Assembly (NCBI RefSeq): GCF_030028105.1
Contig: NC_092380.1
Location: forward strand, 67,825,717-67,889,716
DNA: 64,000 bases
From: Mobula birostris
Lineage: Eukaryota
Direction of reading: 5' to 3'
Shown here piece by piece: positions 24,451-36,850 of the stretch. Within the stretch, counting starts at the first letter, position 1. The number at the start of each line of letters is the position of its first letter. The notes beneath the pieces are model-generated. The model saw nothing but the letters and a program-made list of their open reading frames with translations, was not told the DNA's origin and did not search any database. Position numbers and translations under genes: made by a program.

Positions 24451-25109
24451 TAACTCATGCAATTAAGTGAGGTAAAAGATGATACCAGGGCTAATTAATT
24501 CTACATGATAGTAATTCAGGTACAATTCTAAGAAAGGTTCCCTTTCTAAAATGTTGTCCCATCTTTTCTCTCATTCAGACTTTGTGGATTTCCGGCATTG
24601 TGTTTTGAATTTATAGTTGGAGGAGGCATTTCCAATTGGGTTTTAATGTAGATGTAGAGTGTGCCAAAGTAAACAATGAACATCTTCGCTATTCATGCCT
24701 GTCAATTACCGGTTACCTCCTCCTTCACATGACTCTCAGACTCATTAGTTTGGCAATGCTGTAATCCTTGTACAGTGAGAGCCTCACTGATACTCCAACA
24801 CACCTCCACTGACAAATCTACCACGGATTCTATACAGAAAATACGGGGAGCATTTGAAAAGAAAGGTGCAACATGAAGGGCAGATCACATCCATGGACAT
24901 GTTTACCCTGAGAACAGAAGGGATGTAAATAGCTGAAGTGATATTGGCTGAAAAGCAAAAAGAGCAAAAAGAAAATCAAGGAAATCAAAAAAGGACACTG
25001 TTTGTTGGATCAATAGATATGAAAATCTGGGACAAACATATTGGTTCTAGTGGTCCAGGAGTCCAGTTGTGTCAATGAAAAAGCGCCGAAGTGGAGAATA
25101 GAGGGCTAC

Positions 25110-25670
25110 TTCAAAGTTCAAAGTACATTTATTATCAAGGTACAACCTTGTCTCCTAACAGGCAGCCACAAAGCAAATAAACCAAAAACCCATTAAAGAA
25201 AGACCTTCAAGCACTCAACGTGCAGAGGGGAACAGAAACAAATCAGGCAAACAATAAATGCAAGCAAATAACATTCTGAATTGAAATCCACAAAGAACGT
25301 CCACCCGCAGACCCTTAGTTCAGTGCAGAGCCGAGCACCGAACCGAACCAGCACGTCTCTCAACTCGAGCCTTGACATTCTGACCTTTCCAATCTGGCCC
25401 AGTGCCTGAATCATCGTCCAAACATCGGGTTCGGTCCCTTCAATATGCTCCGAGGCCTGGACCTCACCACTTCATTGATTTAAAAGCCCAGCATTTAAAT
25501 GAATGGAACCTCCAGTTTGTCCTCACTCTCAGCGATGGCCCCACTGCCTCTCTTCGCCTTGGCTCTGCCACATCGAATTGCCTCCCAAGTCAAAGGGACG
25601 TTGCAGGCTATTGTTTGCAATGATCGTTTACCAGAAAAGGAGTGATTGACAAATTACTTATTTATTAATC
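25110..25670 (-). mobile_element. Non-autonomous LINE-derived retroposon related to 44297-45160 and 57944-58822
   Basis: Shares the TTCAAAGTTCAAAGTACATTTATTATC tail and the CAGGCAGCCACAAA segment. Confidence 0.55.
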
Positions 25671-25775
25671 ATAGTACTTGGCATCCATTTGGTGATATCC
25701 AGACTAGCCATGCAGTTTTCAGTCCATATTGAGGGTAGCAGCTTACAATCATCAACAGCCACTCTCTGCATTCAC

Positions 25776-26145
25776 GGTTTGGCAAGGCTATGATGCCATG
25801 TCGAGTGCATTAATTAAAAACATCTCCCATGTTCCATTCGAGGCCGTAACCCGGAAGCATGGTGGTGGGATGTTCAACTGTATTTCTATTGGAGACTGAT
25901 GCTGTGGCAGACCAAGTTTTGTGCCATTAGCTTTTGACATTCAGACTGTTTGAGGAAAGTTAGAGCAATCTGACCGAAAGGTTTTCTGAACTTAAGCCTA
26001 TATATTGATGGCTTGGTGATAGGAGTTTATGGTCTGCCATGATTCTCCAATAGAACTACAATGTTTCCAGAATATTGCCTTCAATAGGACATGGGAGGCG
26101 TTGTTATTTAATGAACCAAAATGGTATCACAGACTTGCCTAATCC
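25776..26145. repeat. Old degenerate palindromic element (arms 25776-25914 and 26030-26145)
   Basis: Colinear reverse-complement blocks: GGCAAGGCTATGATGCCAT / ATGGTATCACAGACTTGCC, CTCCCATGT / ACATGGGAG, TTCTATTGGAGA / TCTCCAATAGAA, TGGCAGACCA / TGGTCTGCCA. Confidence 0.8.
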
Positions 26146-28194
26146 TTTTTCACCGCCAAAAGAGCCCAAATCAAGATGCAACTTGGGTGCGTCGGTGATA
26201 TAACTGTGTTGTTCACAATACCAGGATTTACTCTCCCCTTCACAGATTTACTTCAGTAAACCCATTCCTCATTGGAAAATAAATAACTTTTAATATCAAC
26301 AAGGAGAACAAATCCTAAAGAATGGTCTTTATTTACACAATGTTCATAATGTGCCACTTGCACTTTGTAGAAGAACAATAGATATACAAAATAAAAATGC
26401 CAATACACTTGTAACGTAACAATGCCTGATGTGGCACTACATAAGTCAGAGCAACAGAACATAATGCAGAGCCCCATGCGTCCAGATTCCTATCGACATT
26501 GCTCCCTCATGTTGAGGGAAGGTGGGTGGGATTTAAGATTATGGACAATGTACAATCTGGCATCACAATTTCAGTGTCTCTATCACCTGGCTACATGGTT
26601 TCTTAAGTCAATGCCAACGCTGCAGCATAGCCTTCACAGTGACGGATACTTTTGTGTTGTCTGGACTATATTCAAAGAGGTAGAGAATAATGCAGGATTG
26701 ACCTGCCCTTTAACGTGTTTTATTTTGGTAGCCAAGAAAATGCTATGTGGTTACGTCAGTGCACCACACCTAAAATAAGAAAATTACACTCATTAATAAG
26801 TAAGCCATTTCTCCAGTAAAAGTATTCACAAATATTTAATACACCACAGCCACCCACCTGAAAGTTTGGCCTGTGCATAATTAGCATCAATTTGACACAA
26901 TCAAAAGTATAGTTATTTCATCCAACCACTCACACTTCCTCGTGCATCCATATGGTTTCCAAATTTGCCTCATCTGCTGCCTCATTCTTTTAAATCTATC
27001 TCAAACAGCAACCAATTGCACTTCAAGTAAACATATTTGGTTTTCCTGTCATGTTGCAGAATTAGGTGTTTAATAACATGACACAACTCCCATGTATGGT
27101 GGAATTTTTTTTCTTCCCTGTCAGCATTTGGAACACGCTAAAGACAATTTTCAGCTTCAGTAATTTTTACCCCAAACTTACCCACCCCTGTGGATGTTTA
27201 ATTGATGAGTATATTCAATAATGAGATTGGGAGACTCTGGGGTGCTAATGAAGAAATATGGGAAAAGTGTGGGAGAGTGGAGTAAATGTAAAATAACTAT
27301 TATCTCATTAAATAGTAGAAGAGGATCAAGAAGTTATATCATCTAATCCAGCTCCTATTTTTTATAAACGTGTAATCTAGTTAAACCAGCCTGTGATCGT
27401 GATCCTGTCTTGGAGTCAATTTGTGAATCCGAACTCTAGGAAGAATGTCCTTAAATTTGAAATCCAGCGAGCCACTCTTGTTCAGAATGAACGAGAGAAA
27501 TTTGAGCTAAAGTTTGAACGTGCATACTTGTAAGAGCCAGTCTTTAAAGCTGTACCTGAGTAAAGCTGTATTTCCTGCAAGGTTGATTTGTATGTTGGTA
27601 CCTCTGAGAATGCATAGTGAATATGGATCTGTAATGGTGTCTGATTCATTTGGCTGGTGGATCTTTTATAATGTTTATTCTGCAAATAGTCGATTTTTCT
27701 ATCTCACAGTGGTGTAAAAAACAGTACTATGTAATCAGAATCTTTTAAAGATTCCAAAAACTAACATAAAAACATCTCAAAAATTAATTCATGGATTTTA
27801 CCTCTTTTCTACTAAGTGTTTGTAACTGATGCAACACACACACAATGCTGGTAGAACACAGCAGGCCAGGCAGTATCTATAGGAAGACAAGAGGGGGAGG
27901 GATGCTATGTTATCCAAGCCACATGTGAAGGATATTTCTAAGCTTCTATTGACAATAAGGGAAATGATTTAAAATGTAAAAAGTAGTCTGTATTCACAGA
28001 AAATAAAGTAAAATGCTTAACTTCTTAAAAAAGACAATGAACTCCCCCCCCCCCCCCATCCCCACCATTCCAATGAAAGAGATTACTCTCACTAGCCATT
28101 CCTGGTGTGAAGTTGAGGAGGCAATTTGGTGTGCACATCCACTTAACTTAGATTACGTGCTCCATTTCCAGACTCGTTGATGATGCAGGAATTG

Positions 28195-29410
28195 GGTCAA
28201 AGACAAAGTAAAGTCAAAGTAAAAATTTATTATCAAAGTACATATATGTTACCATAGGCTATATTGAGATTCATTTCCTTGCAGGCATTCAAAGGAAAAT
28301 AAAGAAATATAACAAAATTAGCAAGAAACTATACAAACAACCAATGTGCAAAAGACAAATTGTGCAAATAATAATAAGAAAAATTATAATACAAAGAACA
28401 CGAATTGAAAGAGTCCTTGAAAGTGAGTCTTGTGGCAGTGCTCCATGTAAATGTGCTCAATAGTGGGGAAGGCTTTCCCTGTAATGGTCCCATTGTATCA
28501 ATCACTTTCTGTAGATGTTTCCATTCCTGGGAGTTGGTGTTTCTATACCAGGCCATGATGCAACCAGTTAGGATACTCTCCACTGTGCATCTAAAGAAGT
28601 TTGTCAAAGTTTTTGGTGATATGCTGAAATTACACCAACATCTAAGAAAGTAGAGGCATTATCATGCTTTCTTTGTGATGACACATAAATGCTAGTCCCA
28701 GGAAAATATACCCTGATATGATAATGCCAAGAAATTTGAAGTTACTGACACTCTCCACATCCAATCCCCTAATGAAGACTGGCTCTTGAACTTCTGGCTT
28801 CTTCCTTCTTGAGTCAATAATCAGTTCTTTGATCTTGCTGATGTTGCGTGAGAGTTTGTTGTCGTGGCACTAGATTTTCAGTCTCCCTCCTATATGCTGA
28901 TTCATCGCCACCTTTGATTTAGCGAACAACAGTGGTGTCATCAGCAAACTTAAAATCAGTATTACAGCTGTACTTAACCTCATAATCACAGGCATAAATA
29001 ATGGGCTGAGCACACAGCCTTGTGGTGCACCTGTGCTGATGGCAGTTGCGAAGGGGGTGTTGTTGCCAAGCCATACTGACTGGAATCAGCCAGGAAGGAA
29101 ATCGAGGATCCAATTGCACAGGAAGGTATTGAAGACAAGATTTTGAAGCTTAGTGATAAGTTTTGATAGGGTTGAATGTTGATCTCTAGTCAACAAAGAG
29201 CATCCTGACATATGTATTTTCATTGTCTGGGTGTTCTAGAGCTGAGAGAAGAGTCAATACTGTTGATCTTTTGTGACAGAAGGCAAATTGGAGCAGATCC
29301 AGGTCATTCCTCAGTCAGGAGTACAGTACTTATACTTCATAACCAACCTCTTGGAGCACCTCATCACAGTGGATGTATGTGCTACTGGACAAAAGTTATT
29401 GACTATTCAT
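28195..29410 (-). mobile_element. Rex1/Babar LINE fragment (RT to 3' end)
   Basis: FKFADDTTVV; NFFRCTVESILTGCIMAWY; (TTTAC)-type tail. Confidence 0.85.
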
Positions 29411-30945
29411 AGTCCAGATACGACCTACGGAAAGCTATTGTAAGGGCAAAAATCCATTCCAATTGAGGTTTGAGACAGAATAAGATTCGTGGCAGCTCTG
29501 GCAGAGTTTGTAGCCAATATTTTCTACAAATTGAAATTTAACAACATGAATGCCTGTGATGCTTCAACACCTTCAATAGTTGAGCTTGACAACTTTTTTG
29601 CACGCTTTGAAAGGGAGAATAAAACTACACCTTTGTGAATCTCTGCGTCTTCTGGTGACTGTGTGATCTGTCTCTGAGGGCTACGTCAGGATAACCTTCA
29701 CAGGGCATCTGGCCCTGATGGTGTACCTGATAGGGCTTTGAAAACCTGTGCCAACCAACTGGTGGGAGTGTCCAAAGACATCTTCAGTCTCCCACTGTCG
29801 CAGTTGAAATCTCCCACCTGCTTCAGAAGGGTGACAATCATACTAATACCCAACAAGAGCAGGGTGAGCTGCCTCAACAACTTGATCAGTGCACTCTAAT
29901 CAACAGTGATGACGTGTTTTGAAAGACTTAAGCCAGCTAGAGTCATCTCCAGCCTAATGGAGACTTTAGACCCATTACAATGTGCCTAATTTCACAATAA
30001 GTCTACAGTGGATACAAACTCACTGGCTCTCCACCTGGCCTTGGGTCACTTGGACAATAGTGCCTACATCAGGCTGCTGTTTATTGATTACAACTCAGCA
30101 TGCAACAGAATTATAACCTCAGGTCTAATCAATAAGCTCCAAAACCTGGGCCTCTGTACTTCCCTCTACACCTGGATCCCTGACTTCCTCAACAGGTCAG
30201 AAATAATAACTACTCCTCACTGACAATCAACACTGGTGCATCTCAAGGATGCGTCCAGTGCTCTATTCTCTCTACACCTATGACTATGTGGCTAGGCACA
30301 GCTAATGACACAACTATTGATGGTGAAATTTCAGACGGCGATGAGGAAGTGTACAGGAATGAGATAAATCAGCTGGTTGAGTGGTGTCACAGCAACAACC
30401 TTGTACTCAGTGTCAATAAGACAAAGCTATTGATTGCGAACCAAGAAAGGGAACTCAAGGGAGCCCACACCAGTCCTTATGGAGGGATCAAAAGTGGAAT
30501 ATCTGTATGTCAGTATCTCTGAGTACATATCCTGGCCCCCACATTTTGATGGAATTACAAAGAAGGCATGACAGTGGCTATATTTCATTTGGAGTTTGAG
30601 ACGAATTGGTACATCACCAAAGACACTCGCATGTTTCTATAGATATACTGTGGAGAGCATTCTAATTGTTTGTATCACATATCTGATATGGAGAGATGGG
30701 GTGGGGGCGGCAGCTGAACAGGATCAGAAAAAGCTGAAAAAAATTGTAAACTCAGTCAGAGCCATCATCAGCACCAGCTTCCCCAGCATTCAGGACACCT
30801 TCAACAGGCAAAGTCAAAAAAGGTGGCGCATCGTTAAGAACCCCCATCATCTAAGACATGTCCTCTTCTCATTGCTACCATCAAGGAGGAGGTACAGAAG
30901 CCTGGAGACACACACTCAGTGTTTCAGGAACAGCTTCCTCCCTTG
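29411..30945 (+). mobile_element. Rex1/Babar LINE fragment, divergent from the previous copy
   Basis: [58 protein letters not shown]. Confidence 0.85.
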
Positions 30946-33621
30946 ATTTTGTAACTTCAGCCGTCATTGCTTCCTGTCAATAGATCACACTTTGGCTTTC
31001 CACCAGAGGCACTGATGTGCCTTGAGACTTATAACCTACTTTAGGAGAGTCTCAGCCCCTTTTCAAAGCAAGCAGAGATGTTTACTAAAATCTGCCCTTC
31101 CGTGGATACATATTCCCACTGGACTGAGAAAAAATATCGTTGGGTGCTAGCCAAAACACTATATCAGGGACTTGAAGCTTAACAATTGTCAGCATACTAT
31201 GTTTGGCTTTGGGCAAACAGTTTTATCTTAGTGATAAAGTGCAAGAGAACATTTCTCCCAGAAACAAAAAAAAAGTTAAATGGAGCGCTAAGGTCCTTTA
31301 AAATGTTATCATTCAACTGAAGCCAAACTTCTGACTGATCATTTACATTGTCGTTAGGCAGGCACATAACTGTGTGAGATAGAACAGGCTGATCAGTGAA
31401 TCCACTATTCCTTGCACTACCAGCTCCTCCAGAAGCTGTTGTTGCTGTGTTCTAAATGTCCGCTGCCTCCATAAGGACAATATCTGCTGTTCAAATTAAC
31501 GAACTAATCGTGCCAAAATGAGATCTTACAGAAGCATATAAGTATAGCTCATTCTTGAATACATCAGAATCTACCCACTTGAATTTCAGAAAGTCATAGA
31601 GCAGAGGAGGGGCACAAAGCATTATAAAGTCAGTGGCATTATGTGACTACATAAAATACAAGAAACGGTTCCATTTTGCTTGTCATTAATAAGGAACAGT
31701 AATCTCAAAAGGTTGATCCCATGGTGTATGCAGTGTTGCTCAATTGTAGATAATTGTTCTGATTGTCTGATTCATTCTGTATAATGTGGCATTGTTCATT
31801 TTTTGTACGGAGCCATGCAATTGCATTGTTTGTTGTTAGGAACAAAGTTGTTGTTCATCAAGATCCATTTGATTTCAAAGTTAAGTTGGGTGAACTTTCT
31901 ATTCCAATTCGTCAAGCCCCAGTAATAAGAAAAATTGTATTCTGGTAAATTGAATCACATCGTTGGTAATTTTTCTAAAGCCTATGTCTTTAATATTTAT
32001 ACCTTGAAAATAGCATTGTGGAATCGTTTTTAGCATGGAAAGTAGACGGAAGCTTGTTTTTAACCTATCACCCAAGGCATGCAAGGCGGGTACAATCTGA
32101 GTGATTAATGTGATCACGTGTAACCTTTCCCCTTTCCAAACTTAAGATTTAATCAATTTTTAAGATGGAATTTGTAGAAGGAACAAAGTACCTTTGAACC
32201 TTTTAACCTAATTTGCACCTCAAGCCTGACATCACATATAACTTTATGCTCATAATCTGTTTTAGTGTTTGGGGCAGTCCAAAATTCACTGAGGCATTGT
32301 TTAATAAACACAACTGACCAGATAGCCTTGTACTGGTATGTAAAATAACTGCTTATTAATTATTGTTCATAAAAAATCTTTGCTCATTTAAAAAAAGACA
32401 TTTTATAAAGGACCATTTATTTCTCTAAGTTTGAAAGTTAATAAATGACTCTATTTTATAAGCTTCAGAATAAAATTAGAAAGGTTCTATTGATTAATAA
32501 GTAGATGTCTCACATGGGCACAATCTTTAATTTATGTACAAATCAACCGCCAACAATGTCTGTCTAATTTTTATCATCACATTCTGCACTAGTGACAAAA
32601 GTTTGGATACTTTGGTCAAAAATTATGTATTTGTCTATGGTCAGTTCACTAATCTCAATCAGAATATCAATAGAATTAAGTTCAACATGAAAAGGCTAAA
32701 AGTTAAAATTGGGAGATATTCTTCTCAGATGCAACCTATGAGAAGATGTACTTGCTCAGAACAAGGCTTGTTTGTGATAGACATTCTGGTCAAATAGCAC
32801 AGTTTATTATCTTTTGTTGCTTTTCCATCTTGTGTGCAGTTTTTTTGTTGATTCTATTGTGTGTCTTTGCATTTTCTGTGAATGTCCACAAGAAAATGAA
32901 TCTCAGGGTACTATATGGTGACATATATGTAAATTGATAATTAATTTACTTTGAACTTTTGAACTTTGATTTGAGTGAGGAGTACTGTGAATTTTGGTAA
33001 AGAGAACATTTTCAGGTGGAAGCATAGCACAGAGAGGTAGTATATTGTGTTAGTAACACTGTGTAGTATAAGAATTTCCTTCAGTACTTCCTTCATTTTT
33101 GAAAATTCACTTTAAAAGCAACTGATTAATAATTAGTTTTGAGTGGAAAGAGGAAAATATTTCATGTTCTGCCAAACCACAATTTGTACCTACCAGTTTT
33201 CATTAGCAAAGTAAGTTTCCACTCTAATATATTTTCAATTATTAGGCTTATTAATTTGAACCTTTCAATATTAACAGAAAAAGTAGTTTAAAACATTTAG
33301 AGATTATTTCCACTGTTGCATTTGAGAGAAGAGGCTGATATTTCTGACACATGTCAATTGTGGCTGAGTTGCCGGAACTCAATGCTGAGTTCTGCTCGAG
33401 GGCTAAGGGTTTAACTAGTTTGATACTCCTGTGAGTATTGATGGCTTGCTGCCAGACTTGCTACATTTTGAGTGCGAGGTTACGTTGATTCTGTTATGTC
33501 CTGTAAATTTCCCGGCCTGTGTTTCCTCTATAACCTGCCTTGCAGTTTCCTGGTACAGCAATTCCCCTTCCATTGCTGGTACCTGCTGGAGACTGCTTAA
33601 AAACAAGGCCACTCCCACCCC

Positions 33622-33754
33622 AAACAACAGGAATTCTGCAGATGCTGGAAATTCAAGCAACACTCATCAAAGTTGCTGGTGAACGCAGCAGGCCAGGCAG
33701 CATCTCTAGGAAGAGGTACAGTCGATGTTTCAGGCCGAGACCCTTCGTCAGGAC
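33622..33754 (-). mobile_element. 133-bp Penelope-tail insert
   Basis: Matches the tails at 21973-22105 and 38637-38766; TSD CCCACCCC (33614-33621, 33755-33762). Confidence 0.85.
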
Positions 33755-33755
33755 C
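33719..33755 (-). ncRNA. Minimal type-I hammerhead ribozyme motif, best-preserved copy in the window
   Basis: Minus strand GGTC-CTGACGA-AGG(GTCTCGG)CCT-GAAA-CA-TC/GACT: intact CUGANGA and GAAA cores, helix II AGG/CCT, helix I GGTC/GACT, AUC cleavage triplet. Activity is not shown. Confidence 0.7.
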
Positions 33756-34099
33756 CCACCCCACTCTCTCCCTCCACTCTGCAGCCAGCACTACCACACC
33801 ACTCCACCCTTTTTCCCTTTACCCTAACTTTAGTTTACTAAATATATTTTGCCTGTAATTCCTGCCGTAGCCTTAGCCCTTAGTGTCACTTCCTGAGGGC
33901 CGAGGTTGTAACAATTCCCAACTTACTTTCTCTGGGAGTGAGAGATCGCGTGGCACCTGTTTAGAAAACAGTATGAAGTGTTCCATTAACCTTTCTCATA
34001 TTCACTATGTAAAAATAACGAAGGCTCTAAAAGATAATAGAAACAGAATATGACTACCATAGTCACAGTGCACTAATGTTATATTTGGCTTTCAGTATA

Positions 34100-36850
34100 T
34101 AAGACCATAAGGTATAGGAGCAGAATGAGGCCAATTGGCCCATTGAGTCTGCTCCGTCATTTCATCATGACTGATCCATTTTTCCTCTCAGCCGCAATCT
34201 CCTACCTTCCCCACCAACCACCCCCCCGCCCGTATCCCTTCACGCCCTGACCAATCAAGAATCTAGCAATCTCTGCCCTAAATATGCATAAATACCTGGT
34301 CTCCACAACTGCCTGTGGCAATGAATTCCACAGATTCACCACTCTCTGGCCAAAGAAATTCCTCCTCATCTCCGTTCTAAAGGGACGCCTCTCTACTTTG
34401 AATAAATCCCTTCCACATTCACTCTGTCAAGGTCTTTTAGCATTCAATAGGTTTTAATTAGGTCACCCCTCATTTTTATAAATTCCAAAGAATACAGGCT
34501 CAAGTATATTGGAGCTGTAGCAATGCTAATCAAATGATATACTAATAATAATATTGCCACTATAGAAATGTAATGACATTGGTGAGATACACTTTTTCTC
34601 CTTGTAGGCATTAGCTGCGTTAAAGTTACGTTAATCTACCACCTCAACTAAAGGTACATCACCACAGAATGAGGATTTTTATTTTATTATCATTTATTTA
34701 ATCCCCAAATAGTGCTTAAACACAATGGGTGGTAATTCAATCCTAGCCTACTGTAAAGGTATATAAGGGAAGAGGAAATACCATTGAGTACCTTTTTTAG
34801 GATCTACATCAGGTTGTAGAGGGGCACGGTCCCTTTACTCCGAACCAGATACACGGGATTAAAATAAGCTTTCATTGCCAAAAGTAATGGCCTAAAATTA
34901 CACAAATTTAGATAACCAATAAATTATATACTTGTGAGCCTTACATCAGTTTAACTAGGAGATTATAGGGTGGCAAGCCTTACATCAGCGGTAGGGAAAT
35001 TACTGAATTAGACTTTTAGGATCTACCCATATCTGGCAAATAATAAACTTACTGGGGAGAGGGAGTTTGTCTTGCAAACATGGTTGAGTTCCATTTAAGG
35101 AGATGACAAAGATGGCTGAGATTAAGACTGTGGATGTTGTAGAGTACATATAGACTTTTATAAAGCTTTTGACAATGCCCCTTATGATAGGCTGATCCAT
35201 AAGATTAAGCCACATAGGTTCCATGGTAACTTAGCATATTGGATTCAAAATTGGCTTCATCAGAAGACAGAGAGTAGAGGGGAAGGGTGTTATTCTGAAT
35301 GGAGGTCTGTGACCACTGTAGTTTGTGATTATATATAACTTGGACAAAAATATCAGTGTGCTGATTAGTAAGTTTGCAAATGATAAGAAAATTGGCAGAA
35401 TTGTGCAGAATGAGGAAAGTAGTCAAAGGATTCATCAGGCTATATAATTAGAAATTGGTGAAAGTGGAAGTCAAAAAAGTTGAGGCATTGTCACATGCAC
35501 AAGTAACTGTAAGCACAAGTGTAATGAAAAACTTACAGCAGCATCACACGCATATAGCATTTGGTAAATATTCACAAGGAAAACATAAATTAGAGACTAT
35601 TTTTACAAGTTCACAATAAAAACAGAAAAAAACAAAGTCCATTTTCGTGCGAAGTGGTTATAATTTTGCTAAACTGAGTTAGTGATTATGGTTTATTTTT
35701 ATTTTTTTTATTTGGACACGTTTTGTACAGGCTTTTTTCAAGAGCTGGTTGGTTGAAAGCTATGGCAGATGGAGTTTAATTTGGACCAATGTGAATTGTT
35801 GCACATGGTGAGGCCAAATATAAAAGGAAAGTATATATCAATGGCAGAATCCTGAGCAGCACTGATGATCAGAATGATCTTTGGATGCAAGTCCATGGCT
35901 CCCTGAAAGTAGCAACCCCATACATAAGGTAACAAAGAAGGTGTATGGCATATTTGCCTTCAACACTTGTGGTTTTGAGTATATAAGTCAGAGATTTTGA
36001 GGATAGAAGTAGGAAAGTCATGTTGCAACTGTATAAAACTTTGGTTAGGCTACATTTTCAGTATTGCCTGGAGTTCTTGACATCACATTACAGGTAGGAT
36101 GTGGAGGCTTTGGAAAAAGTGCAGAAAATGTTCACCAGTGAGTTGCATGGATTAGCAGCAGCTATAAACAGATGATAGACAAATCTGGATTGTTTTTTTC
36201 TGGATTTTTTTGAAGAGAAACTTGATAGAAGTATTTAAAATCACGAGAGGCATAGATAGGGTTGAGTCTTTTATTTTTGTAGGGTCAAATGACATGTACT
36301 AAAAGAAGATATCTTTAAGGTGGGAGGGGGAAGTTTAAAGGAAATTTACAAGGCATGTTTTTATACAGATGGCATTCAGTGCCTGAAAGTTGCTGGCTGG
36401 CAGAGGGTGTATTGGAAACAGATATGATAGTATTGCTTGAGGTATTTGGACAGGGTCATGAATAGGTAGGGAATAGAGAGATATGGACCAAATGCAAGTA
36501 AGTGCCATTAGTTGGTTTAGCACTGTCTATACTAGGGAGAATAAGACCAGAGGATACAGCCTCAGAATAGAGGGACATCCATTTAGAACAGAGATGAGGA
36601 GGGATTTCTTCAGCTAGAGTGTTGAATCTATGGAATTCATTGCCAGAGGCAGCTGTAGAAGTCAAGTCATCAGGTATATTTAAGGCAAAGATTGATAATT
36701 GTTATTATTATTAACTTGGTTAATCAGGGCATGAAGGGATTCCAGGAGAAGGCAGGAGATTGAGCCTGAGAGGGAAATGGATTCATCTTGATGAAATGCC
36801 AGACCTGACTCAATGGGCTGAATGCCCTAATTCTGCTCCTATATCTTATG
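34100..36850. mobile_element. Cluster of degenerate CR1 fragments (34100-34505 minus; ~34960-36850 plus)
   Basis: Similar to CR1 RT and 3' UTR (GACTTTTATAAAGCTTTTGAC; GAATCTATGGAATTCATTGCC; CTGCTCCTATATCTTATGG). Confidence 0.7.

Larger units (their letters stand above)
33492..33913. mobile_element. Solo LTR (Gypsy-like termini) carrying a nested Penelope-tail insert
   Basis: TGTTA...TAACA termini; 4-bp TSD ATTC (33488-33491, 33914-33917). Confidence 0.8.

Noticed and set aside
27380-27610. Possible short exons (plus NEREKFELKFERAY; minus GTNIQINLAGNTALL, ankyrin-like)
   Set aside because: Mediocre splice signals, incompatible alternatives and no convincing homology.
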